From an uncultured Gemmatimonadales bacterium (GTDB lineage: Bacteria > Gemmatimonadota > Gemmatimonadetes > Gemmatimonadales > GWC2-71-9): a DNA stretch of 64,000 nt. Position numbers and translations under genes: made by a program. Numbering within the stretch: position 1 is the first letter of the stretch; each line of letters begins with the position of its first letter. The notes beneath the pieces are model-generated. The model was not told the origin of the DNA, did no database searches, and saw only the letters and a list, made by a program, of their open reading frames with translations. Shown here piece after piece: positions 1-10,070 of the stretch. Location of the stretch: positions 352,001-416,000 of the forward strand of contig CAWGED010000005.1 of NCBI GenBank assembly GCA_963821525.1. The letters run 5' to 3'.

Positions 1-2
1 GG

Positions 3-446
3 CTGACGGAGGACGCTCTCACCACCCTGCGGCTGGGCGCCTATCTGCACGACGTCGGGAAGGTGAAGGTGCCGCACGAGATTCTGAACAAGCCCGGCAA
101 ACTCACCGAAGCCGAGTTCGAAATCATCAAGCAGCACCCAGTCTGGGGTGTCGACCTGTTTTCCGCGATCGAGTTCCCCTGGGATATCAAGCCGATCATC
201 CGCTGGCACCACGAGAAGTACGATGGCACCGGATATCCCGACCGCCTTCGAGGCGACGAGATTCCGCTCGCGGCACAGATCATCTGCATCGTGGATGTCT
301 ACGATGCCCTCACCACGACTCGCAGCTACCGCCCGGCCTTGTCCCATGAGGAGGCATTGTCCGCCATGCGGGAGACCCCGCAGTGGTGGAGGCCTGACGT
401 GCTCGACGCCTTCATGCGCTCGGTGGGCATCGCCGCCGCGGCATGA
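3..446 (+). CDS. HD-GYP domain phosphodiesterase, 5'-partial
   Basis: Frame is open from the window start: LHDVGK...ILNKPGKLT...HHEKYDGTGYP...IVDVYDALTT.RSYR motifs. Confidence 0.9.
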   Translation: MTEDALTTLRLGAYLHDVGKVKVPHEILNKPGKLTEAEFEIIKQHPVWGVDLFSAIEFPWDIKPIIRWHHEKYDGTGYPDRLRGDEIPLAAQIICIVDVYDALTTTRSYRPALSHEEALSAMRETPQWWRPDVLDAFMRSVGIAAAA

Positions 447-1450
447 AACCCGAAGGACTCCCTTCCGAATGGGGTAGTGGCGATCTCGAATTGCTGAGCG
501 AACTCGCGCGGGCGGGACGATTTCGCGAGGCGCTGCGGGCGTTCGACGACCGCAGCAAGCGAGGATCGTCCACACCTCCCCCTGAGGCCGAGTATCTCGC
601 GGCACTCGCAGCGGCGCGACTCGGCGCCTATGAGCGCGCCTCACGGCTTGCCGAATCGGCATTGAGCCGGCTCAGCGCCCTGGCGGATGAGTCGGGCGCC
701 ATGCGGGCCGCCAATCTCCTGGGAGGAGTCGCTTTCGAGCAGGGCCGGCTGGATGACGCGGAGGCACGTTTCGAAGAGACGCTCCGCCGGGCGCATCTGC
801 TGAACGACGCCCAGATGGCGGCGCGAGCCTCCAACAACCTGGGCTCACTCGTTCACCTGCAGGGGAAGGATGCGCTGGCGGTGAATCTCTATTGCAGCGC
901 GTTGCACGTGTACCGAATGCAGGGGGATCGCCTCGGTACCGCGCAAACCTGCCACAATCTCGCCTTGGCGTATCGATTGGAAGGGCGGTTCGCCGAGGCG
1001 CTGGACGCCAACCACCAGGCGGTCGAGGCCGCGGAGCAAGCCGGCGATCAGGCGCTTCTTGCGCTCACCCGGATGGGGCGCGCCGAGACCTGGCTCGAAT
1101 GGGGTGAACCGGCGAAGGCAGAGACCGAGCTGCGGGGTGCCCTGGAACTCGCCGCGACCTCTGGCGACGAGGCCGGTGTTGGAGAGGCGGAACGACTGCT
1201 GGCCCTCGTCGCGATGCAGCGGCAACGGTACGACCTCGCCATGCGGCACGCCCACAGGGGACGGAAGATCGCGGGACGGCTGCGCTGCACTGAACTGCGT
1301 GGCCAGTGTGACGCCATTTCCGCCCTTGCGGCCAGAGCCATCCGCCAGCCTCGACTCGCAGATCGGTTCCGGCTCCGGGCGGTGCAGGCCTTCCGCTCCC
1401 TCGGTGCCAGCGGATTACTCCGCCGTTTCGAGCTCGATTGGGCCAGCTGA
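443..1450 (+). CDS. Tetratricopeptide-repeat protein
   Basis: Repeated Ala/Leu-rich helices (NLLGGVAFEQG, NNLGSLVHLQG, HNLALAYRLEG); ATGA overlap with upstream gene. Confidence 0.75.
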   Translation: MKPEGLPSEWGSGDLELLSELARAGRFREALRAFDDRSKRGSSTPPPEAEYLAALAAARLGAYERASRLAESALSRLSALADESGAMRAANLLGGVAFEQGRLDDAEARFEETLRRAHLLNDAQMAARASNNLGSLVHLQGKDALAVNLYCSALHVYRMQGDRLGTAQTCHNLALAYRLEGRFAEALDANHQAVEAAEQAGDQALLALTRMGRAETWLEWGEPAKAETELRGALELAATSGDEAGVGEAERLLALVAMQRQRYDLAMRHAHRGRKIAGRLRCTELRGQCDAISALAARAIRQPRLADRFRLRAVQAFRSLGASGLLRRFELDWAS

Positions 1451-1486
1451 CTCACTCCGCGGCCGGAGGCGGGATATCTTCCCGGC

Positions 1487-2518
1487 GTGCCAGAATTCAA
1501 TCAGATCGCCTGGACCGAGTCGGGGACGATTCGCATCCTCGATCAAACCAGGCTTCCCGGCGAAGAGACCTATCGCGAGCTGAGCCAGCCCGCGGACATG
1601 GCCGAGGCCATTCGCACTTTGAGGGTGCGGGGTGCACCGCTCATCGGCGTTGCCGCGGCGATGGGGGTGACGCTAGCGGCTCGGCGGCTCGGTGGCTCCG
1701 GGCCGCGGCTCGGCTAGAAGACGTTCTCGCTGCGTGTGACGTGCTGCAGGCGGACCCGGCCCACCGCGGTCAACCTTGCCTGGGCCCTCGAGCGCATGCG
1801 GAAGGTGGCACGGTCCGTCGCCGCGGGCGACGGTCTTCACGCTGCCCTCGTCGCCGAGGCAAATGCGATCTGGGAAGGGGACCGCGCCATGTGCCGCAGG
1901 ATCGGCGAAGCGGGACTCGCGCTTATCCCCGATGGCGCCGTTGTTCATACCCACTGCAACGCCGGCGCGCTCTGCTGCTCGGGGATCGGAACCGCCCTCG
2001 CCCCGGTCTACCTGGCACACGAGGCCGGACGGCGAGTCTCGGTAATCGCTGATGAAACGCGGCCGCTGCTCCAGGGAAGCCGGCTTACCGCATGGGAGCT
2101 GGGCAGGGCAGGGATCAGCTGCACCGTCATAGCCGACAACATGGCCGCGAGCCGGCTGCGCCGCGGCGGCATCACCTGTGTCATCGTCGGAGCCGATCGG
2201 ATCGCGGCGAACGGAGACGTCGCCAACAAGATCGGGACTTATGGAGTGGCCCTCGCCGCCCGGGAGCACGGCGTCCCCTTTTACGTCGCGGCGCCGACGT
2301 CGACGTTCGACTTCAACTCGGCGGACGGCAGCCGAATTCCCATCGAAGAGCGGGGAGCGGAGGAGATCCGAGCGGTAGGGGGTCAAGCCGTCGCCCCGGC
2401 AGGAGCCGCGGTATGGAATCCCGCGTTCGACGTTACCCCCGCGGAGCTGGTGGCGGGCTACATCACGGACAGGGGGATGAAAAGAAGGGATGAGTTGGAA
2501 GGACTGAGGACGGAGTAG
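1487..2518 (+). CDS. mtnA: S-methyl-5-thioribose-1-phosphate isomerase (apparent indels near 1700-1755)
   Basis: LDQTRLP, VRGAPLIG, TRPTAVNL, THCNAG, DETRPLLQGSRLTAWEL, GADRIAANGDVANKIGT, NPAFDVTP spread across adjacent frames. Confidence 0.9.
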
Positions 2519-2519
2519 A

Positions 2520-2582
2520 AGTACCGAGTACCTAGTACCGAGTACCGAGCAATTACCAATTACCAATTACCAATCAGCAATT
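2520..2582. repeat. Intergenic heptamer tandem repeats (AGTACCG/AGTACCT x4, then AATTACC x3)
   Basis: Read directly: agtaccg agtacct agtaccg agtaccg agc aattacc aattacc aattacc aatcagc. Confidence 0.9.
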
Positions 2583-4062
2583 GTCCTCCATCCTCGCCCT
2601 CGACCAGGGAACAACTGGCAGCACAGCCATGGTCGTGCACCAGGACGGCCGTGTGTTGGGACGTGGTTATCGGGAATTCACCCAATATTTCCCGCAGCCC
2701 GGTTGGGTGGAGCACGATCCGGAAGAAATCTTTCGCATCACCCTGGATGCGGCCCGGGAGGCTCTGAGACAGGCCGGGGAGACGCCCGCCGGGATTGGAA
2801 TCACCAATCAGCGGGAGACGGTCGCCCTGTGGGATCGGAAGACCCTCACCCCGGTTGCCCCGGCCATCGTCTGGCAGGACCGGCGCACCGCGGAGCGTTG
2901 CCGCGAGCTCAAGGCCGAGGGGAAGGAGAGCCTGATTCGGCAGAAGACCGGACTGGTGCTCGATCCCTATTTCTCCGGCACCAAGCTCGAGTGGTTGCTG
3001 CGCGACCCGGGGCTGCGGCGCCGGGCGGAGCGAGGAGAAATCGCCGCTGGCACCATCGACACCTGGCTCATCGCGAAGCTCACCGGTGGCCGGGTCCACG
3101 TCACCGATCACACCAACGCGTCGCGCACTCTGCTGTATGATCTCGCTGCGCGCGATTGGGACGACACCCTGCTGGCGCTCTTCGGAGTGCCGCGCGGCAT
3201 CCTTCCGGCGATTGCGCCCTCCTCTCAAGTCGTGGGTGAGACCGACCGCGACTTGTTGGGCGCCGCGCTGCCGATCGCCGGAATCGCCGGCGATCAGCAG
3301 TCCGCGTTGTTCGGCCAAGGCTGTGTGCACCCCGGTCTGGCGAAGAACACCTACGGCACCGGCGCCTTTCTCCTCGCCTTCACCGGACAAGCCAAACCGC
3401 TTTCTCAAAATGGTCTGCTGACCACCTCGGCTTGCGGACCCAGGGGTGAACCTGCCTATGCGCTCGAGGGCAGTGTCTTCATCGCCGGGGCCGCAATCCA
3501 GTGGCTCCGCGACGGCCTCGGCCTGATCGGGACCGCGGGAGAGACAGAGTCTCTGGCCCGGAGCGTCCCGGACACCGGTGGAGTGCACATGGTTCCCGCT
3601 TTCGTGGGATTGGGCTCTCCTCACTGGGAGGCCGAGGCCAGGGGGACGATCGTCGGACTGACCCGGGGCACCACCCGGGCGCACCTCGTAAGAGCTGCGC
3701 TCGAGGCCATGGCCTACAGCACAAGGGACCTCCTCGACGCAATGATTACCGACGCCCACCTCACCCTCGAGGCGCTTCGGGTAGATGGAGGTGCGGCCGC
3801 GAACGATTGGATGATGCAGTTCCAGGCAGACCTGCTGGGTGTACCAGTCGAGCGGCCCGACAATATCGAGACCACAGCGCTTGGAGCCGCGGCATTGGCG
3901 GGACTCGCATTGGGCACGTGGCGTACGGTGGACGATTTCCTTGCGGGTCGAAATTTCCGGCGTTTCGAACCAGCTATCAACGATGCCGAGAGGGAGCGGC
4001 TCGTGGCGGGCTGGCAGCGCGCGGTGCACGCCACGCTCGCATGGGCGCGCTGGGTGCCCTAG
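2581..4062 (+). CDS. glpK: Glycerol kinase
   Basis: ALDQGTT, GITNQRET, IVWQDRRT, DPYFSGTK, GDQQSALFGQ, KNTYGTG, RVDGGAAAN, ETTALGAA. Confidence 0.95.
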   Translation: MSSILALDQGTTGSTAMVVHQDGRVLGRGYREFTQYFPQPGWVEHDPEEIFRITLDAAREALRQAGETPAGIGITNQRETVALWDRKTLTPVAPAIVWQDRRTAERCRELKAEGKESLIRQKTGLVLDPYFSGTKLEWLLRDPGLRRRAERGEIAAGTIDTWLIAKLTGGRVHVTDHTNASRTLLYDLAARDWDDTLLALFGVPRGILPAIAPSSQVVGETDRDLLGAALPIAGIAGDQQSALFGQGCVHPGLAKNTYGTGAFLLAFTGQAKPLSQNGLLTTSACGPRGEPAYALEGSVFIAGAAIQWLRDGLGLIGTAGETESLARSVPDTGGVHMVPAFVGLGSPHWEAEARGTIVGLTRGTTRAHLVRAALEAMAYSTRDLLDAMITDAHLTLEALRVDGGAAANDWMMQFQADLLGVPVERPDNIETTALGAAALAGLALGTWRTVDDFLAGRNFRRFEPAINDAERERLVAGWQRAVHATLAWARWVP

Positions 4063-4072
4063 CCCCGCGGGG

Positions 4073-5629
4073 TTAGAACCTCCAGGTGAGCGAGCTGTAG
4101 AGCTGGTCGGTATGGTTGCCCGAGGCGTTTTCCCGACTTCCCGAGAGCAGCAGGTACCACGACCGCCCCAGCGAAATGTCCAGATCCGCACCCAGCCAGG
4201 AAATTGAGCGGTGGGTTGGAAACGCCAGCGGCTCATTTTCTTGTTGCACTCCCCCATTCAGCTCGAGATGCAGCGGTCCCGCAAGCTGGGCCCCAGCACT
4301 CAATGCATAGAGCCAGCCATCCAATCGCGGATTGGTGTAGCGGGTCACTCGGCCGTTTACTCCCAGACCGAAAGACGTGAGCTGATAGAGGCCACCCGTT
4401 GCGGTGATGGACGTCGCCGTGCCGGCCGGGCCGCCGAAGCTCGATCGCCCATCGGCACCGATTCGCCAGCGAGGACCGTTGAACGCGATCCCTCCCCAGG
4501 CTCCTTGTCGGTACTCGTCGTCGAACTGAGTCACCGGGTTCACCACATCCTCGTAGAGCCGCACATTGCGGCGTGTATCGTAGCCGCCGTAGAGAGAGAC
4601 GAGGCGATTCAATCGCAGGTTCGCGGTGAGGTAGGTACTGGTGAGAGATACAGACGCCTTCTCTCCGGCATCGACTTTCCAGGGCTGATAGTAGTCCAGC
4701 TCCTGGGATCCGAAGAGCGAGAGCCGCGGGTTATAAAACGAGGCCTGCACATACGCGAACTCCCGGTTCGCCTTGCCTTTGAAGTAGGAGCCGATCACGC
4801 CCGTCGTGACGGCCCATGCCTCGGTTGCTTCGCGGTGATGGACTCCCACGAAGCCACCAACCTGTTTCATGTCGGTGGAGAAGCCGAGGTCTGGGTCGGG
4901 CTGTGTCCCCGCGAAGACCCCAGCCCCCCAGCGCTGCTTATCCAGCTCGATTAACGCGCCATCGAAGAGACTGAGAGCCGAGAGGCTCTGAGAGAACTGC
5001 CGGCCGATGGTGGCCCGCCACGGCGAGGTGGTCCGCTGCCAGAAAAGGTTCGCCTCGTAGGCACGCGCCCGGTCGTCGACCAGGGTGGAGCCGTCGCTCA
5101 GGGTGCTCGTAGTCCGACGCGCCCGAAAATCCAGATCGATGCCCAGCCCGGAATCCCACAGGTTCTGACCCGCCAACCGTAGATCCGCCGCCGGCTGCCC
5201 GTATCCGACATTTCCTGCGCCATCCTTGACCACGAGATAGCGGGCTCCAACCCTGCCGTGGAGCAACCCCGCCTCCGGGCGGCCGCTCGCTGTGGTGCCC
5301 CGCACCGAGTCGTGAGTGACAGGCGCCGCCGCCACGGCAGGCGTGAACCTCACTTGATCTCCTACCTGGATGGCCGGATTGCCTTCGACCAGCTGGCAGA
5401 CGGACTGGTGGGACGAGAGGTACTGCACCCGAAGCTGTGCTACGGTGGAATCGCCGTGAAAGATGAAAACCTCGCTACCCTCCACCAGCCCATCCTGACG
5501 GCCCTTATTGATGTAGTAGGATCCCCCCACCACGTAGGTAACCCGCGCAGGACCGGTGCTCGCCGAATCCTGGGCGGCGAGAGTAGTGGCCCAGAGGGCC
5601 AAGAGCAGAACTCCGGAGACCCGTTGCAT
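4073..5629 (-). CDS. Putative outer-membrane beta-barrel (porin) with a small N-terminal domain
   Basis: Signal peptide MQRVSGVLLLALWATTLAA; many alternating amphipathic strands; C-terminal LYSSLTWRF; start overlaps the stop of the upstream cytochrome gene. Confidence 0.7.
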   Translation of the reverse strand: MQRVSGVLLLALWATTLAAQDSASTGPARVTYVVGGSYYINKGRQDGLVEGSEVFIFHGDSTVAQLRVQYLSSHQSVCQLVEGNPAIQVGDQVRFTPAVAAAPVTHDSVRGTTASGRPEAGLLHGRVGARYLVVKDGAGNVGYGQPAADLRLAGQNLWDSGLGIDLDFRARRTTSTLSDGSTLVDDRARAYEANLFWQRTTSPWRATIGRQFSQSLSALSLFDGALIELDKQRWGAGVFAGTQPDPDLGFSTDMKQVGGFVGVHHREATEAWAVTTGVIGSYFKGKANREFAYVQASFYNPRLSLFGSQELDYYQPWKVDAGEKASVSLTSTYLTANLRLNRLVSLYGGYDTRRNVRLYEDVVNPVTQFDDEYRQGAWGGIAFNGPRWRIGADGRSSFGGPAGTATSITATGGLYQLTSFGLGVNGRVTRYTNPRLDGWLYALSAGAQLAGPLHLELNGGVQQENEPLAFPTHRSISWLGADLDISLGRSWYLLLSGSRENASGNHTDQLYSSLTWRF

Positions 5630-6903
5630 CAATCGCCACCTCGGCCATTTGGATGGCAGCTGAGGCAGGCCGTGCTGACGTACGAATAGCCGGCCCGCCC
5701 GTGGTGTTTGCTGTCCATCGAGGCCTGATTGTGTTCGTGACACACGAGACAGGTGAACTGGCGGAAGTCGCTCGCCACCTGGTGGCAGGTGGAGCAACTG
5801 CTCCAGGTGCCACGGTGGCTCCCGCTGTAGATCGGGAAGAACGGTCCATCGTGTGCGAACACGGCGCCGGGCCACCGGGTCGTGTTGTGGCAGGAGGCGC
5901 AGTCGGTGGGGAAGCCGGCGCCCTGGTGAGCCGGATTGGTGGTCGCATTGTAGTCCGCGAGGTGGCAGCTCACGCACTGGTTGCTCTTGCCGATGTAGAC
6001 CCCATCGTTGTGACACTGCTGGCAGGTCGCTGCCTTATGCGCCCCCGTGAGCGGGAATTGAGTCCGCGAGTGATTAAACGGCGCGGTCCACGACGCGGTC
6101 GTGTGGCAGCTCACGCAGTCCGTGGGGAACGCGGCCTGGGCATGATTGGGTTGCGAGGTCTGGTTGTAGTCGTTCTGGTGACACGCGACGCATTGCGTCG
6201 ATGCGCCGGTGAAATTGTTTCCGACGTGACACTGGTCGCAGGGCACCGCACGGTGCGCGCCGGTAAGCGGGAAACCACTGCCGTCGTGATTGAACCGGGC
6301 CGGGTTCCACGCCACCGTGCCGTGGCACTGGTTGCAGGTCGTTGGGAATCCGCCGGCGAGGTGATTCGGATTGGACGCCGATTGGTAGGCGCTTTGATGG
6401 CAGCTCACGCAGTCGGTCGGGACCGCGAGGAACACCATCTGTCCCTGGGCCTGGGCCACGTGGCAAGACCGGCAATCGGTCACCAGATGGGCGCCATCCA
6501 GCGGGAACCGGGTGAGTTGGTGACCTCGGGTCATGGCCGCGCGATCGACGAAGCTTCTGGTCGTGTGGCAGCTGGAGCAGACGGTACCGAGCTCGCCGCG
6601 GTGGAGATCCTGGTGGCAGGACACGCAGGCCGGGTCCGCGTCACTGAAGGCCAGCGAAGCGTGGCAGGCCCGGCAGGTGGTCGAGGCGTGGGATCCGGTC
6701 AGGGCGAAGCCCTTCTTGGCATGGTCGAACGCACGGCTGATCCGCGCCGGTGTCCAGCCCTCCGGGGCATGGCAGGTGCTGCATTCTTCCTTAAGCGCGC
6801 CATGTGGGGAACGCGTCGCCTCCTGAGCCCACCCCTGACTGGCCAGGAGGCAGCCAAGCAACGCGAGTCCGACGGCTGGGCCGACACCCCGATCCCGAGT
6901 CAT
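5629..6903 (-). CDS. Multiheme cytochrome c, 16 CxxCH
   Basis: Signal peptide; 16 CxxCH by manual count; repeated FPLxGxH spacer. Confidence 0.9.
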   Translation of the reverse strand: MTRDRGVGPAVGLALLGCLLASQGWAQEATRSPHGALKEECSTCHAPEGWTPARISRAFDHAKKGFALTGSHASTTCRACHASLAFSDADPACVSCHQDLHRGELGTVCSSCHTTRSFVDRAAMTRGHQLTRFPLDGAHLVTDCRSCHVAQAQGQMVFLAVPTDCVSCHQSAYQSASNPNHLAGGFPTTCNQCHGTVAWNPARFNHDGSGFPLTGAHRAVPCDQCHVGNNFTGASTQCVACHQNDYNQTSQPNHAQAAFPTDCVSCHTTASWTAPFNHSRTQFPLTGAHKAATCQQCHNDGVYIGKSNQCVSCHLADYNATTNPAHQGAGFPTDCASCHNTTRWPGAVFAHDGPFFPIYSGSHRGTWSSCSTCHQVASDFRQFTCLVCHEHNQASMDSKHHGRAGYSYVSTACLSCHPNGRGGD

Positions 6904-8904
6904 GTGCCTCTCGGTTCGCCGTGGCAGCTTTCACACTTGGTCGAAACGGGCCGGTAGATCGTCGCTCCCGAGCGGTCCCTTGTGTGGCAGCCGCTGCATG
7001 GGACCGCCTCGTGCGCACCCTTCAGGGAGAAGTGTGTGTCACGGTTGTGGTCGAATCGGGAAGCCGGCGTGAATCCGTCGAGACCGTGACAGGCGTCGCA
7101 CTTGCCGCGATCCACGCGGGTGGCGAACTGATCGCCGTGCGGGCCTTGGTGACACTCTGCACACCCCGTCTTGGCCGCGAGCTTGAGCGGTGCGAACGCG
7201 GTGCCCGAGGCGGCCAGGCTGGAACCCGCCCGCCCCCTGTGCTGGAGGTCTCCATGACACGAGGCACAGGGGACTGCCCGGTGGGCACCTTGGAGCGGTA
7301 GCGCGAAGCGGTTGTGGGTATCGATGGTGATGGTCGAGGGGCGAAAGCTCTCCTGATCGTGACACGCGAGGCACCCTTCCGGCTGGGGTTGCTCACCACC
7401 CTGCGCAAATCGTCCTTGATGCGGATCCAGGTGACAGTCGGTGCAATTCGTTTCTGGGGGCCGGAACAGGAACCCGCCTTTGCCCAGTGCAACCGGGGCA
7501 CTCAGCACCCTGAGTCCGGGGCGCTTCGAACCATGGCAAGCCGAGCACGACACGGTGCCGTGTTTCCCCGCGAGAGTCACCCGCAGGTTCGCATGGTCTC
7601 GGAGGTCATACCGGCTGGGCTTCCAGCCGATCGCGATGTGGCAGGCACTGCACTCGCCCTTGTCGGGGCGGGTCGCCAGCTGGCCGCCGTGCTCGTCGGC
7701 GTGGCAGTCGAGGCACTTGGTGGCTGAGGGTCGGAGGATTACTCGGGCGCTGCCATAACGCGCGACCGGCGCCGTGAGGTCCTTGCGATGACACTGAGCG
7801 CAGGGTACGGCCTGGTGCTCTCCCTCGAGCGGGAACTTCGTCTTCGCGTGCTGCGCCACGCTCAACTGACCCGGACTGAAACCGGTAACGTCATGGCACG
7901 AGGCACAGTCCACCGCGATTCCCCCCAGTGTCGCGGTGCCACCGTGCGGATCGCTATGACACGCGGCGCAGGTGGCGAACGGCGGCCGCTTGCCTTGTTC
8001 GGTTCGGAAATCGTGGCACTTCGCGCAGGGGATGGACGCGTGCCGGCCGCGCAGGGGATACCGGGTGCGGTCGTGATCGAACGCCTGTTTCTCGATGGTT
8101 CCGAAACTCCGCGTGGAATGGCAGCCGGAGCAGGTGGCGCCCAGACGCCCGGCATGGGGATCCGCGTGGCACGCAGAGCATTGCCCGTGGGGAACCGGGC
8201 GGTATCTCGGTACGCGGTGACCCAGAGCGTCGTTCTTGAGGCCGAGTCTGGGGTCGAGGTGACATTGGCGACACGTCACCTCGGCATGCTTTCCGGTGAG
8301 TGGGTAGGCCGTCGAGTCGTGAGAGAATCCGGGGGTGACCTTCCATTTCCCTGCATCATGGCACCTGGCGCAGTCCTGTCCCAAGGCGCCTCGATGAACG
8401 TCCTCGTGGCACGACACGCACTCCCGAGACAATCCGGTCCAACTCTGGACGGTGCGCTGCACCGCGAGCTTCGCGGCCGGTGAGATCCGGAATTTCGTGG
8501 TGTGACAGTCGGCGCACTTCGCTCGTCGGTGACTTTGCTCCAGGGTCCAGCCCGCTCGCGCGTGATCAAAGCCTTCTGGAGTTCCATCCGGCCACTTGAT
8601 GAGGGCGAAGTCACGGCCTGCGTGGTCCGGGTGGCAGGACGCGCAGGTCTGCTCCCCGGAGAGCACCGTGGGGGCCTTCGCGCCGTGCGGCGAGCCAGCC
8701 GATGTCCTTGTGACAGTCCACGCAGAGCGTATCCATGGCTTCCTTCCGTCCTCCATGGCACCGGGTACAGTTCAGCGTCCCTTCGAGCTCCCGGTGTGCG
8801 CTGGCCAACGGGCCAGGTGAGATCTGGGCCTGCGATCGTGGAGCGCCTGCGATGAGAAGGCCGACCGCCAGAGCCGTGACTCGCACGGCTCGCGCGGTCT
8901 TCAC
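6900..8904 (-). CDS. Multiheme cytochrome c, ~23 CxxCH (indel near 8690)
   Basis: GTG start overlaps upstream TGA; signal peptide then QISPGPLASAH; 2 CxxCH before and 21 after the frame change. Confidence 0.85.
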
Positions 8905-9889
8905 CAGAACCACGTCGCCCCGAGCGCGACCACGACGCCCACATGGATCAGCACGGCCACGAGCGCTGTGATGGCAAACGGTCGGTGGGCCACATGCCAG
9001 TAGCGAAAGAGCCGTTGCGTCACCCCGAGCATCCGGGCTTGCTGAGTGAGAGCCATTTCCCGGTTGGCCAGGCGAAGCACGGTTCGAGAGTGCTCGTCGG
9101 TCCAGGCGCCGGGCAGTGCCGTTCCTTGCCTCCACTCTGTCGTCGCAGGACTCGGGCGGCTCGGCGACGGTCAAGGTCATCCTTCAGCATCAGGCCGACG
9201 CTGCGAACCAGGCCGATCCCTTCAGTCGGGCTGGGGTCAGAGCGGAGGGTGCCCTCGATTTCCTCCCTCGTCAGTCCGGTTTCGGTCGCGATCTGCAGGA
9301 TGAGTTCGTTGCGTTGCGCCGCCGTCTCCTCGGCGCTCAGCTCGAGCCCGCTCTGTCCCCGCGGAATCCGCACGTACAGGTATCGGCCCGCGATGCCGCT
9401 GGCGCAGACCACGATCATCGAGAGGTATCCCAGCCCGATCAGTCCATCGAACCGCCAGCTGGCATGGATGGCGGCGATCAGAGGGAGCGCCAGACGCCAC
9501 CAGGACGTGGGCATCCATCCAGCGCGACATCGATCCGGTCCACGCCAGCCAGCGGTATTTCTTGCGGAAGGGATAGAGCCAGAGAACAGGAAGATGAGCA
9601 ATGCCAGGATGCCGGCGGATTGCCCGATATAGCCCGAGGGCCGCAGCCACGGATGCCATGGCGAACGCACTCGCTCCGCAGGTGCGGCGAGATAGTACGG
9701 AGCCCCGATGAGAGAGATCGCGACCAGGACCGCGAGGACCGCCGCCAGCCCTCGCGGTGTGGCCGGCTTCGTCGCGGCCCGTGGAGGATTCGTCTCACCG
9801 CCGACCGGGGAGGGAGGCGCTACCTTGGTGGTCACGGGACGAGGGCGGGTTGCCAGCTTGAGCGCCCCGGGACGGACTGTTCGTTTCAT
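8901..9889 (-). CDS. Polytopic membrane protein with His in TM segments (ferric-reductase/cytochrome-b-like; several indels)
   Basis: Joined frames give hydrophobic helices containing MDAHV, AAIHA, YWHVAH and LIHV, ending ALGATWFW*. Confidence 0.6.
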
Positions 9890-10070
9890 GAAGGCTCGTT
9901 CAAAATGTTGGTCGGTACGCCGCGTGCATTACTGCAAAGGAGAAACCGTGGGGATGGAGCGAGGGTTGCTGGTGTAACAGATGATGCCACATAGAATTGC
10001 CGCGCAGCTCCAAGGCTGCTAACGGCTCCGCGAGTGCTACGCGTTGATCCACCTGTAACGAGTCGTTGCA

